Assembly: GCF_004010195.1 (NCBI RefSeq)
Contig: NC_057753.1
Location: 14,052,485 to 14,110,320, forward strand
DNA: 57,836 nt
DNA from: Chiloscyllium plagiosum
Lineage: Eukaryota
Reading direction: 5' to 3'
The number at the start of each line of letters is the position of its first letter. Positions within the stretch are counted from its first letter, which is position 1. Shown here piece after piece: positions 39,515 through 53,867 of this stretch. The notes under the pieces were generated by a model. That model did not search any database, had not been told where the DNA came from, and saw only the letters and a list, made by a program, of their open reading frames with translations. Both the position numbers and the translations under genes were made by a program.

Positions 39515-41699
39515 GTGTGCTGCTCACCTGATTAGAGAAAATCACATTTAACATGCCTCTGTGCACTTCACCTGTCGTAACAGTTGTAAGATTCTGAAGC
39601 TCGGCCAACTGAATGTTTAAACATTTCTGTCAGTTTGTCTGGGAAAAGCTAGTCCTTTGCAATTGCTTCACATAACGGCGTGGATACGTCTGTACAGATC
39701 GACCACACTCTGTCACATTGCGCCATCATCACATAATGAGGCATTCTGGCATTCTCGATAATGTTGTCATTACTTAAGATAGCCTTGGACTCCTTCAGCC
39801 CACCGAAACACAGTGTATTGTTTCCCCTAATCATATTCCCCTGGTATACAGAGCTGATAAAATTTCCAGTCCCTCATAAACTTGCTTTCTTTTCCTTCTA
39901 TTCTGTACAACAGCATCTCTTAATTTATTCAACACAGTTTTATTATGCATACATGTTACAATCTATTTAGTTCCACTGATTACATTCACTTTTATATATC
40001 GATATTTATAGTTGTACACTGGTGTCCATAGGAATTGAAGATTTGTAATCTCCATAATCATGAAATACGGAACATCACCAGAATTTACTTTGATTATTTG
40101 AGCAAATCAAATCGCTCCCTTCGCTGAGTAATTGCTGATTTCCTGAGTTCATGTCATTCAGTACAATTTCAGATCATAATGAATAAGAACACAGATGGAC
40201 CATTCCGAAAATTTAGCCTTCCTTGTTTCGCAATTTATAAGATCACATCTGGACGACATCTAACTCCTGTTTTCTACCATTTTGTCTAACCTATCAATTC
40301 CATGATACTTAAAAAAAAACACTTGCCTCTTGTTAAATGTTTCAAGTGACTTGCCTCCATAGGTCTCAGGATGAAGAATTCCAGGCCTACACTGCGGTCT
40401 TCCAGAAGAAATTCCTTCGTATCTCAGGTGTAAATAAGTTTCTCTATATCCTGTAACTATGACTCGTAATGAAACGTTACCAGGGTAGATAGGACAGACA
40501 ATGCTATCAAGTGGACTTCGTTCCATGCTGTAATTTTAGAAGAAGGCACAAGGAAAACAAAACAGAACCAAATGCAAAACGTTTTGGATTTGGTATGGTT
40601 TAAATGTGCAGTGAATGATGAAACATTTTCATTTGTCGCAAGAGAAAAATGTCATTTGGTGGAATTGTATGGAAGAAAAGCCTTGCATATTTTCGCTAAA
40701 AAATTAATTTCCCTTGTGTCTCTCTGAAATTCCAAAAACCGTTGGGATTGTACACTTCACAGTCCAAGGTTAATAATTTCTGCTCCTGGATTCCCAAGTG
40801 TTTGTTTCTCTCTGTCTTAGTGTACAGTGACAGGCTGCAGCGTCTGACAGTCAAACAGATTTAATAGTGTGAGTAGTTAAATGTTTCCCTTGCTCCATGA
40901 ATCCGTGAAACCTTCCTCAAACATTTTTGATTCAGAATGTCGGATTATATGTTGAGAACTCGAACGGTGAAATGTTCATATCAAAAATGTAAGCAAACCT
41001 GCAGCGAAAACAGATTGGTCTGTGCTTCGGCTCTTCATTCGAAATGTCACACTATCGCATAAAAGTGCTTCTGTAACAAAACGGTGAACATAATAACCCT
41101 CGAGCATCAGTGCAGAAGACCAGTGTGCACATACAGCAGCTACTAAGGAGATGGGAGAGAATTGATTTCATCTATTTCGAAAAGAATGGAGTGGGGAAGT
41201 CGAAAGGTGTTGCAGCCAAGGTACACGACTCTAGTGAGGCCAAATGTGGAATACTGCGTACAGATATGATGCACTTACATGAGGAAAACTGTACTTGCTT
41301 TAAAAACAATTCAAAGGTGTTAATCAGATAAATTCAGTGATTTAATATATGTATATGAGGAGAAAGTGTGTAGTTTCGACGTCTATTCAATATAAGTTAG
41401 TAGAATCAAAAGAGATTTAACTAGATCTGTAAGACAGCAGCTGGGACTGACCACATGAAGGTAGAGTGGATGTTTCACGTTGTGGAATAAAATAGAACAA
41501 CAGGTTGTAGTTTTAGGCCTCGGGATGACATATTAATAGCGGAGTGGAACTACCAGTTCTCTCAAAGGGACGCGAATCTGGGGAATGCATGAATTCTGAG
41601 TGCAGTGGATGCCTTGACTAAATAAATTTGAGGAGCTAGACAAATATTTAATAATGAGTGAAAGAGTTATGAGCAACACGCAGGAGAGTGAACTTGAGG

Positions 41700-42050
41700 C
41701 AAAACTGAGGACTGCAGATGCTGGAAACCAGAGTTTAGATCAGAGCGGTGCTGGAAAAGCACAGCAGGTCAGTCAGCATCCAAGGAGCAGGAAAATCAAC
41801 ATTTCGGGCAAAAGCCCTTCGTCAGGAATAGAGACAGGAAGCCTCCAGTGTGGAGAGTTAAAGAGGGGAGGAGGCTGGGGAGAAGGTAGCAAAGAGTATA
41901 ATAGGTGAATGGGGGTGGGGATTGAGGTGATAGGTCAGAGGAGAGGGTGAAGCGGATAGGTGGGAAGGGAGATTGGCATGTAGAACAGGTCATGAGGACA
42001 GTGCTCAGTTAGAAGGTTGAAACTGAGGTAAGGTGGGGGAGGGGAAATGA
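41700..42050 (+). mobile_element. Penelope-terminus-type interspersed repeat
   Basis: gaggactgcagatgctgga...gctggaaaagcacagcaggtcag followed by a purine-rich tract. The reverse complement matches 31810-31940. Confidence 0.65.
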
Positions 42051-43274
42051 GAGTGATCTTGAGGCCTATCTCAAATGAATCATGAGCATATTGTTGAGTA
42101 GACTCATGCATTGTATTACCTACTCCTGCTAGCTTTTACGGTTTTTGTCTAATAATTTGTACGAGGAGAATTAATTGTTTTTTTTCATCTTGAAAGGCAC
42201 GATAAAATAATCTATCTGTCTCCCTATCTCTTCTCTCTCTCTAACCTCCCCCTACCCATACCCCTCACTGTCCATAAAGAGAAGGATTGCAGTGACGCAA
42301 GAATAAAACAATTTTTTTATTGCAATTTCGAAAGTCAGTTAGATTCTCTAACATTACCCGCTTCCTTTCAATGTTTTCTTAATAAACGGATGGCTTCGAA
42401 CAGCTAAAACATTTAATAATCTCGACAAAATTTAGGCTGCAATTGGATATACTTCATTGCAGGAGTTTCAATTCCAGATGGCCAGCAAACCAATCAATCG
42501 GTGTTTGATTCCAAGACGAGGACTTCCTGCCGAATTGAAAATTACCTATGATGAAAACGGGAGGAGAGAGTATAATCTTACTTTTGCCTGATTCGGATGG
42601 GTCCACCAAATACATTATTGTGCTGTGACGGCAGTCAGTCTTCCAAAGAAGGATTGGCTGTTACAAAATCGACACTCTTTTAGCAACACTACTCCAATAA
42701 TACAGAGAGCCAAGCTAATGCTCAGATTTTATGGATTGGAATCCAATCACTGCAAAAAATGAAATTCAAATTTCATTGAACGGTAATCCAAGAACCATTG
42801 TCAATTGTTTAAAAGACTAACGTGCTCGCTGTGTATTTCATAAGGTGCTGGTAATGATGCCGAGGTGACAATTTATTACACATACTTACTTGAGTTTAAG
42901 AACGTGGTTAGGGTTGACATTCTTCAGGCTCTGCCGGTCATATGGTGTAGGTTGAGTTTCTATGCTGTCCGGGAGAGATTTTAGGCCATTGACCCAGGGA
43001 CACTGAACGAATGACAATATGTTTCCAAGTCAGGTTGGTGAGAGGTTTCGAGGAGAATTTTCAAGTGATGAGGTTAGCATCTAACTGATGCCCTTGTCTT
43101 TCTGATAACGGTAACCATTGCTTTGGAAGACTATGTCTCAAGATCTTTGCAGAATTTCTGCAGTGCTTGTTGCACATGGAAGACTGCTGATAATGAATGT
43201 CTGAATGTCATTGTGGATGGAGTGAGAATTTCTGGAATGAGTGATCAAGCGGGTTACTTTGTAGTAGCATAATG

Positions 43275-43860
43275 GAGTCATACAGCAATGCAGGTACAGA
43301 ACTTTGAAAAAGATCCTTTCGTCGAAATCATCCATGCCAAACAGGATTCCCAAAGTAAACGACTTCCACTTACTTGCGTTTGACCCATATCCCCTGCAGC
43401 TTTCCTGTAATGAGCCTATGTATACTTTCTTATATTGCGTTTATACCTGCATCTAACTCTCCCTCTGGCAGTTAATTCCACGTGTGCCCCATTTTCTCCA
43501 TGACAACATTATCCCTCAGGCCCCTTTTCAAGCTACCTCCTCTTATCTTAAAATTATGATCATTAGTTTTGAACTCGCACACTCTCGGGAAACACTTCTG
43601 GTATTCAATTAATCAACACCCCTCATGATTTTATGCGCCTAAACTCCCTATTCTAAACTGTAAAATGCCCCAGTCTATCCAGCCTCGCCTTACCAATCAA
43701 ACACTCCAGTCCAGGTAATAGCCTGGTAAATATTTTCTGAATCCTTTCAACTCAGTAACATCCTTTCTATCGTAGAGTGACAGGAACTGCATACATTTCT
43801 CGAAATGAAGTCTCACCAACGTCCAGTACATCTCAAAATGACGTTCCAACTCCTAAACTT
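43275..43860 (-). mobile_element. CR1-type LINE 3' fragment
   Basis: Similarity to 2370-2970. Confidence 0.75.
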
Positions 43861-43899
43861 CATAACTAAATCACTGAGCCTGAACATCACTGAAGACTG

Positions 43900-44097
43900 A
43901 ATGCTATTTAGCATATCTAATTTACCTAACTTACACATCATTGGACTCTGGGACTAAACCAGAAAACCCAGCAGAAATCTATGCAAGGATCCGAATAATG
44001 CACAAACGACAGACAGACAGTCGCATGAAGGTGGAATCAAGCCAAGATCCCTGGTGCTGTGAGTACAGCAGTGCCAAACACTGAGCTACCGTGCTGT
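43900..44097 (-). mobile_element. HE1-like SINE (partial)
   Basis: Homologous to 47780-47961 (ccctggtgctgtgag...cactgagctaccgtgc). Confidence 0.75.
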
Positions 44098-46521
44098 GTT
44101 CGACCAAGCATGTTTTAGGAATCTATGGCGGGAGCTTGGTCAAAAGTACATTGAGTTTGAAGGGTTCTACCGAAAACAGAAATTGACATTTCGATAAAGA
44201 TGTTAAAAATAAATGAAGCATAAGACGTTCTTCTGGGGGCAACTATTTTGGAGGACTTTGAGAAATCACTTCCAGAAGTAGCGACAAATCATGCAGAAGG
44301 GTGGACGATGAGAGTTGTAAGATTAGTTATGGAAATTCAGAGACAGCAAGTGATAAAAAGTTCGTTCATATATCAAAGTTTGGCTTCTGACATCACATAC
44401 AATGTGTGAGGGAAAAATTGAGTCAAAGGTAAAAACAACAGGTGATAAACGAAAATAAGATCTCATTGCCCAAGTAGGTGTATTTAAATACATGGATAAA
44501 AGGAAAACCGTTGAAAGGACAGAGAATAAAATTTTCAGTAGTTTTCAGCGTTCGTGGTTTAGAAAAAGCACTGGGAAGACGGGTGTGTGAAAACAAGATA
44601 AGCCAGTGATGTCTGTTGAAATATGAAATGTACGTACAGTGGAAGCGAAAAAGCTGCAAGAGAATGTACGACATGGCAGTAGTAGATTTGAGAAGAAAGT
44701 GCGAGATCTCTTTAATTAAATTATTTGTCTGGGTAAGGTCTACTCGCATATACCAGGAGCAGCAGGAAAAGAACATAATTTTTAAAAAAGTATCAAGTCA
44801 CTCTTTGATGGTGAAAGATGAGGCGATTTGTAACTCAGACTAAGCATTGCTGAATAAGGCGGTGATGTATGGAATATTGCATTTGGAGATTCTGGTAAAA
44901 AGTGCTAAAGTGTTTGCAGGAATGATAGAGCAGTTCTCTTTTCCCGAAACACTGTTTATCCTTGATAATATAGTTGGATCACAAATGGGAGTGATGTCTA
45001 CTACGGTTGAAAAGCCATTGAAAGGTCAGGCAACTGAGGTGTACAGGAGGTATATTTTGGGATTTCTTCTGGCTGCGTGGTTACAAGGTCACAAAGCCAC
45101 AGGTTGAGACAAGAGAAGAAAAAAAGAAATAAACATAAGAAAATTGAAGGTCGGTTATCAGGAACATTGTTGGATCAAATTCTTGAGAGAAGAAGATAAC
45201 AAATGTTTGTCGAAGAAAAATGGACATATCTGTTTCGGAGAAATTAGCTGAAATACACCGGAAGAAATGAAAAACTTTAACAGTCGTATCAAAAGCAAAG
45301 ATAGAAAAGGAATCTGATACAATTCCTGAAAGTTACTGTGGTGATTGGAACGAGGTCAGCCACATGGATTCCGTAGAATATGAGTTCAGTGAATGGGTTG
45401 GCAATCTGATTCAATCAAGGAAACTTGCCAGATAGATATATACAGTCATTTAACAGGTCCTGTTCTCTCCAGGAGCCGGCTCTGTCTTAATTGGATCAGT
45501 GTCATATACTGTGCACATGTGAATAAAACGTGGTTTGGTGACGTGAGCTTTCATGGAGGCATTTTCAGTTACTATTCAAAAAATGATGAGGAAATAGAGA
45601 CTATCACATGTTCAGGGGGATTAGAGTTGGGCAGGCATTCATCTATTACTGATGGGATTTCAAAAGGAGGTATTTCATGTAGCACATGAATTACCAAGCA
45701 GAGTCCAGTTGTGAGTAGAAAACCTCAAGCCAAAATGCAAAAACGTTTTTATTCCCCTGTGCTACAAAAAAGTCTGGTTGAATTTCGCTGGCTATTCAGA
45801 TCATTAGAAAACCTCAGACATTATTAACACCAATGCCCTCAATACCTATTCCCCCCATTTGAGTAATATTTTAGAAGAATCTTAATGATTGCATTGGATG
45901 TCTACCAGAAATAAAATGTGAGAACCAGTATTTGTTGAACATAATGAATATTAGATTTTCAGAGGGTATTCTATTACAAAGTATTATGGCTCTCTGAATT
46001 GTCGAATAGTCAGTCAATTTCTTTACTAGATACGGACAACCCACAGAGTTGGAAGCAGACAAAGGGTCAAACGTTCCATTCGGTTTCTTTCAAGGAATTT
46101 ATGAAAAGCTTAGGAATAAAGCAAGAAATCCACTGCATAGCATCAAGATTGGCAGGGAACAGACGAACGGTGGCATAAAACGTTAAAGACAATGATGAGG
46201 GCCTTTAGTCAAAACTTTAAAGTGAATTAGGGGAATGTAATCCGATTTGTACTTACAATTAGGCAAGAACCGACTGAATCACGTTAATTCAGTTTATTTT
46301 CATTAGGTGTGGGGCATGAGATGAGAGGAAAACTGAAACTAATTAAGGAGAAAATAATGAGTCAGAGTTCAGAGACCACATATCTGGACGATGTTTGAAA
46401 TTTTACGGAAATATAAAGTAGACTGATTGAGTACACTACACCGCATTTGTAAGTAGCACAGCGTGGGATAAAATAGGAAGCTGATCAGCCATCAAACATT
46501 TGCACTTTGGCTGGTGGAGGC

Positions 46522-47168
46522 TGTCACAAAGCTTGTCCCCTTTTTTCCTAAAAGCTCTTCCTTGGCTCAAGGAGACATTGCCCTTGAAGTTTTCAGAGGG
46601 GCAATAAACCGTGCCCGACTCTGATCACTCTAGTTTGGTACAGAAATGAAAAGGATTTCGCTTATATGTAAACAAATGAGACTTTAGGCCGAATTGGTCA
46701 TGCTTTGTAAGTGACGTGTATAAAGAGACGGGAGTGTTCAGCTCTCTCGTTAGCTGAGCTGACCTGAGCTGAGCAGTTTTCAGTTCAGTCTTGAACTGAG
46801 AAGTTCAACAGAAAGCTGTGTGAAAACTCTCTGCCTTTTCTGCCCTTCAACTTTAACGTGTAAACATGAGTTCCGTTTATTCTGCTTTTTAAAGTGAGTT
46901 TGCTTATTGGAGCTGTTGTGTATATACAAAACAGCATAATTAAGTCGAGCTGGATAGGTTGGGCTCTGCAGGGGTTCTTTATTCTGTTCTTCCCGTTTCA
47001 TTGTGTATTTTTGTGAATAAAACTGTGGTCTGTTTTAAAATGTAGCAGTTAACAGAGCTATCTTTCTGTGGGTATTTTCCACTGTACACTTACCAAAATA
47101 AATTGCAGAGTTAATTCTCTGGCTGCCTGCTTAAGAATGTTTTGAATGGTTTGGCCTAGTCCATAACA
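46522..47168 (+). mobile_element. LTR nested in the Gypsy integrase region
   Basis: TGTCAC...CATAACA termini, TATAAA near 46719, AATAAA near 47016, and a purine-rich PPT-like ggtggagg just upstream. Related to ~50420-51050. Confidence 0.7.
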
Positions 47169-47637
47169 ATACAAAGAGCTAGGGCCACTTCCAGTCCGAT
47201 GTGAATCTTTAAAAGCAACGATTAAAATTGAAACTATATAGACTCAGCTCCACGATTTAGCCAGTTGGCCAGAAAGGATGAAATCTCACAGTATTTGCCA
47301 TGTGAATATGCTCAAAAGGTATTTTGATGCGACTGGAAAGTAAAAAGAGTGTGTGGTATTGGTCTTAACATAGAGTGAAGAATGAAGTTCAGAGGTTTCT
47401 GAGTTGGGCATTCCTCAGATTTAATTGCATAAAGAGGAAATTCTCAAAATTTGGCAAATACTTGTGTTACCTTCCAGAAGAAAATCGAAATGATCTGAAA
47501 AAGACATTGCAATCACTGGGGAAGGTGGATAGGAACAAGCAGGAAAATTTAAAAAAAAATCAGCTTGATGCAGCTGTAGGAAATGCTGCTCCAATTAAGT
47601 AACATACTTATCGACTTAATCCTCTAAAGTTGGCACA

Positions 47638-47961
47638 GATTAGATTAGATTCTCTACAGTGTGGAAACAGCCCCTTCGGCCCAACAAGTCCGCAACGGCC
47701 CTCCAAAGAGAAACCCAAGCAAACCCATTCCCCTACCCTATATTTACCCCTGACTAACGCACCTAACACTGTGGGCAATTTATCATGGCCAATTCACCTG
47801 ACCTGCACATGCTTGGATTGTGGGAGAAAACCGGAGCACTCGGAGGAAACCCACGCTGACACAGGGAGAACGTGCAAACTCCACACAGACATTCGGGAAA
47901 TTAACCCAGGACCCTGGTGCTGTGAGGCAACTGTGCTAACCACTGAGCCACCGTGCCGCCC
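47638..47961 (-). mobile_element. HE1-like tRNA-derived SINE, near full length
   Basis: Reverse complement starts GGGCGGCACGGTGGCTCAGTGGTTAGCAC (A box) and ends with a CR1-like tail and (TCTAA)n. Confidence 0.9.
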
Positions 47962-48943
47962 GTAAAAACGATTGAACGTCTGCTCAAAGGCAATATAACA
48001 GAAGGTAGTTGCAGCGAATGCAGCTCACGTATTGTAATGATGAAAAAAACATATAGTACAAAACAATAATGTGTAAATTATTCAAAGGTAGATGTGGTTA
48101 CAAAATCTGATTCAGATCATTTTTCCACGTTTGGAGGATTGTTTGGAGAAGATGGCACAAGCCAATTTATATTTCGAAGATAGACTTGTTCAGAGGATAT
48201 TGGCCAGTACCTTTATCCAAAATAGCAATAGGAATTGCGTTTTTTATGACATCAAAATGAGACTACTAGTTTAAAGTTATGCCATTTGGTTTGGAAAGCA
48301 CGCCAGCCATGTTATAAAGACTACATAATAAAATCATTTTGGGATTACCCAATTGCGTGGCCGAAATTGCCAATGTGGTGATTTTTAGTTGCACGTGGAA
48401 AGAATATGTGGAATCTCTACGGGTATTGATTGATCAACTTTTGAAGGCTCACTTGGTGCTAAGCCTGGCTAATATTAAGTACTCAAAGTCTATGTCGCGT
48501 TAGTGGGCCATGCCATTTGACATTTGATGATGCCCCCATGTGATTTGATAACCCTTTGTCGAACTATTCCTGGGACTAAATGGAACTCTATCAGAAGTGC
48601 ATACTGAATTTTAGGAGAGTGGCTGCACACCTGATTAACTTTTTGAAGAAGTGCAGAACTTTTAATGGTCTGAGGGACGTCAGAAGGCATTTAACAACCT
48701 GAAATCTGTGTTAACTACTAAGCCAGATCGCCACAACTAATTATGCAAATCCTTTAAAGGTGGCTTGCGGTCCGACTGATGTGGGTGCCGGTGCTATAGA
48801 CGAGCAAAAAGATGATAAGAAGACAGAAGACCTATTGGGTACTTCTCTGGAAGATTCCAATAACCATCAACAGAAATATTCCACGATTTAGAAGAAGACC
48901 TTAAGTATAATGTTCACATTGCAGCATTTTAAAAAATAGTATT

Positions 48944-50067
48944 GCAGGGTTAGATTTCATGGAATACAGGGTGAACTAGCATTTGGGTATTGAACTGGCT
49001 CAAAGGTAGAAGATGGGGGTGGTGATGGAGGATTGTTTTTCAGACTGGAGTCCTGTGACCAGTGGAGTGCCACAAAGATCGGTACTGTGTCCACTTATTT
49101 TCATCATTTATATTAATGATTTGGATGTGAGTTTAAGAGACATAGTTAGTAAGTTGGCAAATGGCACCACAATTGAAGGTGTAATGGACAGCGAAGAAGG
49201 TTATCTCAGATTACAACCGGATCTTGATCAGGTCGGCCAATGGGCTGAGAAATGGACAGATAGAGTTTAATTTATATAAATGTGAACTGCTGCATTTTGG
49301 GAAAGCAAATCTTAGCAGGACTTACGCACTTAATGATAAAGTTCTAGGAAGTGTTGCTCAACAAAGAGGCCTGAGAGTGTAGGTTCCAATCTCCTTGAAA
49401 GTGGATTGACAGGTGGATAGGATAATAAAGAAGGCATTTGGTATGCTTTCCTTTATTGGTCAGAGTATTGAGAATAGGACTTGGGAAGTCATGTTGCGGC
49501 TGTATAGACATTGGTTAGACCACTGTTGGAATATTGCGTGCAATTCTGTTTTCATTCCTAACGGAATGATGTTGTGAAGCTTGAAAGGGTTCAGAAAAGA
49601 TTTATAAGGATGTTGCCAGGATTGGAGGATCTGAGTTACAGGGAGAGGTTGAATAGGCTAGGGCTGTTTTCCCTGGTGCGTCGGAGGCTGATGGGTGACC
49701 TAATAAAGGTTTACAAAATCATGAGGGGCATGGATAGGATAAGTAGACTTTGCTTTTGCTGAGGTGGGCGAGTCCAGAACTGGAGGTCTTAGGTTTAGGG
49801 TGTGAGGGGAAAGATATAAAAGAGTCCTAAGGGACAACGTTTTCACGCAGAGGGTAGTATGTATATGGAATGAGATGCCAGAGGAAGTGGTGGAGGCCAG
49901 TACATTTGCAACATTGAAAGCAAAACTGGGTGTGTATATGAATAGGAGGGATATGAGCCAGGTGCTGGCAGGTGGGACTAGATTGGATGGAATATCTGGT
50001 CGGCATGGACGAGTTGGACCGAAGTCTTTTTCGGTGCTGTATATCCCTATGACTGTATGGCTCTAAG
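48944..50067 (+). mobile_element. CR1-type LINE 3' part inserted in the Gypsy RNaseH
   Basis: SDWSPVTSGVPQRSVLCPLIFIIYINDLD and KLERVQKRFIRMLPGLEDLSYRERLNRLGLFSL. Confidence 0.92.
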
Positions 50068-51233
50068 TAACGTTTACGAGATAATTGCATAACCAATTAA
50101 AGATTTTGGAAAGAAAATTAGGAGCGGAAATTCCTAACTGTTTAGATGGAACTTATTACTTCTGCCATTCAGTTTGAAACTTATACATGTTACAATACAA
50201 GCGAACGTAATTGCAGACACCTTGTCATAACTTTGACGAAGGAAGTGGGAGGCTTTTAGTGGCAAGAAACAAAATGGCCTTAAATGAGTCATGGTAGTGA
50301 ATGTTTGCACGTTTAGAGTCAACCTGATGCATATGTATTATAATGTACTGATAAAGTAACACAAAAGACTTTTAAAACTGAGGCCATCTCCACTGAATTA
50401 TGTTTCACGTTTTAAAGAGCTAGTTGTGGTGATAGTGTGGCTTTAAATTGCGTATTTTGTTCTGTTATTTTTACGCAGAATGGTTGCGATAGAGATGCCT
50501 AACCATTCAGTCACAGAACATTACTTCCTTTTCTTAAATTTGGAACAATATAACCAACCTGCACGGGGAGTGGCAACCTTCCACAGAGCCAGGATTGTTA
50601 ATTTTTGCTAACCAATAGCTGCGGCATTGAAGCTGCGCTTGGACGTTGGAGTGCTTCTCTCCCTGCTACGCTCTCTGTCTCAGAAATTTATCTTGGTGTA
50701 CTTTCCTCCTGGACTGGATAACTGCATGCAAGACCAACTATTTAACTGAATTTCCCTTCGCCAAGAGTGTGTTGATTCGGTGTTACTATATTGGAAGAAC
50801 TGATTTTTCGTTAAAATAATCTATCATTCTGTTAAGTTTTCCAATAGAGTTTAAAAAGATTCGGATTTCTTCTTTATTTTGAGGTATTTTAACTATCGTG
50901 TCTTAATAGAGTGTGCTTTGCATCAAGGCTGGCAGCTTTATAAATCGAGTTACACCTGCAAAGCAACTCGTCTCACTCGACTTTAAAATAAGATAAGGTT
51001 ACTGTCTAAGCTATTGTTTTACTATATTTTAAGGAAGTTTGGTCTGGTCTGTCGGGAGATGTTCAAACTGCATAAATGTTTTGCAATGGAAGACAGATCT
51101 TCATCTCGATGAAACCGAAGTAAATTGGCAACTACAGAAGGAAGCAAACATGCATACCAAGTTGGTGAAATGTTCTGTTGTCTGAGACGATCTGTTTATT
51201 GCAGCTTGATCAATAGAAGTTAATCATAAAAAC

Positions 51234-51285
51234 TGTGTGTGTGTGTGTGTGTGTGCGTGCGCGCGCGCGCATGCATGCGTGTGTG
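51234..51285. repeat. (TG)n/(CG)n alternating purine-pyrimidine microsatellite
   Basis: Direct reading. Confidence 0.9.
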
Positions 51286-53867
51286 TTCTGACACATTTTT
51301 GCACGTGCCAACTATACATAAGCACATTTTTTTAAAACATAAAAGGTATGTATTTGAGCACATTGGGCAGGATTCATATATGTGTGGCGTCAATCAACCA
51401 TATTCCACCACTTGGTCACAATTTTAATGCCGAGATGCGCACATATTTTGGTTCAGCAAATCATGCATCTGCCACGAAAGCAAACTGAGATGGTCACCCC
51501 ATTGTACCCGGGCCATTACTGCTTGATTTGTGGTATGTCTAATTACTCCTACAAAAACAGAAATGTCGGAATTAGAATCAAATAATATTATTTTTTTAAA
51601 AAAAGTGTTGGCAGCATTCGGGGCAGACTCCAGTATCAATTTATTGCCAGACTTCAGAAAAGTAAAAAAAAAGAAACGATATTTCAGTGTGATGTTCAAA
51701 CTCAGGTGGCAAAATTGAAATCTCAGATCACAGCAGGCTTTGCTCTAACATGACAGCGTTATTAGCAAATGATGGAATGTGTAAGGCATGAATATTAAAT
51801 TAACAGACTATTTACGAAAGCAACTGTTTTCACGAAAAGATGTTCTTAAGAAAAGTCAAGTTAGATTGGACATGAAGCGAACAGAAAGTGGTAATATTTG
51901 CAACAGAACTGTGAACGAACAATACACATTTCTAAAATGTACCAAACGCCACTGTAAGGTTCAATGTGAATATTAATTTAAAAGAAAATTAACTTGGATG
52001 CTGGAAATCTGAAACAGAAACAGACAGTGACAGAGAGACATTGCATTTATCATAGTATCCGCGGAGAGACAGAGTTAACATTTTGATTTCAATAAGACTC
52101 TGCTTATAAAATGTTCTGATACTTCCAAAGTACATTCTATATTCACTTCAGCCTCCGAGTAATCACGGTATCCATCTCTGGCATCCAACTAGGAGCAAAA
52201 TATGTGAGTATGATAAATGAAAGTCGCTTTTGCAATTTTTGTCGCAACATAATTCGTTCATTTGATTAAAAAAAACTGAATTCGAAACAACAAATTGAGA
52301 ACGGTGGCATGTGTTAGAAAATAATTTGTTTACTTGTCCCGTTTGTAAATTTTAATCCTTTTCAATATTAAAGGGAATCACTTTTGAAAATAGGGTTATA
52401 AGAGCAGGCTGATAAAACAATCTAGCAGAAAATGTGGAGGAAATGTACGGCAATGATGGTGAGGAATCAAGGAAAGAAGTAGAAGCTATGAATACTGGCT
52501 TTGATTGAACAGAGAGCGTCGGGGCCTGCCGGTTTGGGATCTAATTTATGGTCTGCCACTGAATTCAAGCATTTATTTCTTTCTGTGATTCTAACTATGC
52601 ATTTACTAAAACAAGCTCGCTCAATTTTAGTCTTTCAGTCTCGTAATCTCAGTTTCGATCGATTGAGATTCATATTCAACAGTCTTTTTTGTTACACGTT
52701 GCTGATTTCTTGTGTGAATTCTCGATCTCAATTTCTCTGGAAGTGCCGCTGTGGTCAAACTGAATTTTTCCTATGCCACTTTTGCGAACCTCACATTTAT
52801 GGCATTTGGAGTGAAAACAACATCTGCTTCCCTGGAAGAGTGAGAGATAATTGCTGCCATTAAACGATTTTAATTTTTATTAATGTAAAAAACTGCCATG
52901 GTTTGAAACAGGTTGATAGACGAATGAAATACATAGAGCCAACAGTATGAGAATCGACACGTACAGCGGGACTGGAAACGGCAGGTCAACATTGAACTGT
53001 AACCGGATCTGAATTATTATGATATATTAAACCAGGCGAGTGTATTGAAGAACACCTCCTAAAACGTAATCAGGTCAAAGTATGCTGAGGAGACATTAGA
53101 CAAATTACATTTATTTTCCGGAGTGAAAGGTGGAACAGGGTACAATTTGGTGCAGCGATGATACCACTTATTTTTGGGAGCCATTACCGCGAATTCCAAT
53201 ATGACAGCTGTAGAATTTGATTTCCAATCAGTAAGTGTTGAATTGGAATAGTCACTGGAATGTTAACTGCACAATCACCATGTGATTTTCGAATGTCACT
53301 TAGGGAATATCATGTTGAAGACTAACCATGTCTTGTCAACATATGCACAACAATGTCGTAAGACCTTAAAATTGCTCTATAAAGACCGGGCAATATTTCC
53401 CGTTTAAGCGTAATTTGGAATGGGGATCTAAGAAAGGAACAATTTTGCTGTCTGTTTTAAGAGGTCATGGCATCTCAAAGCATTTGCAACAAATTCAATC
53501 ATTTTCTGTTGCGAAGCAGTAAACGTGACACATAAAGTGACAAGCACAGTATATCATAAAATTAATCACACAAGTAAGCGAAAATTCGTCCGTTTCAGTG
53601 GTTTGAAGAGAGTGATAAATGTTGGCCAATAACTCTTGTTTCATTTTGAAACAATGAATGTTATTTTTTTTCCCTCAGCCGTTGGGCATCTCATTCGGGA
53701 AGACAGTGACTTCATTCTTTCAGTTTCTATTTAGTACGTTCAAAATAGCATGGGTGGGGATGACAGCCTGAAATATGTCTGAAAGGCGTTTCGAGTGATT
53801 TGAGAGATACTTCTCCAAACTTAAGCGTCCTGATGGAAATAATAAAAGAAACAGATTTGATCAGTTT

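Larger units (their letters stand above)
44100..51050 (+). mobile_element. Decayed Ty3/Gypsy LTR retrotransposon with Gmr1-like domain order (INT-RT-RNaseH), carrying nested LTR, SINE and CR1 insertions
   Basis: Integrase: QYLLNIMNIRFSEGI (~45926), FFTRYGQPTELEADKGSN (~46019), ERWHKTLKTMMRAF (~46165), HVNMLKRYFD (~47299). RT: FKVMPFGL (~48270). RNaseH: DVGAGA / PIGYFS (~48780-48850) and LFRWNLLLLPFSLKLIHV...NVIADTLS* (50138-50230). LTR-like sequence at ~50420-51050. Confidence 0.8.

Noticed and set aside
47900..47961. tRNA-like sequence (also ~1154-1205)
   Set aside because: tRNA-derived SINE heads followed by SINE body and tail; no complete cloverleaf.
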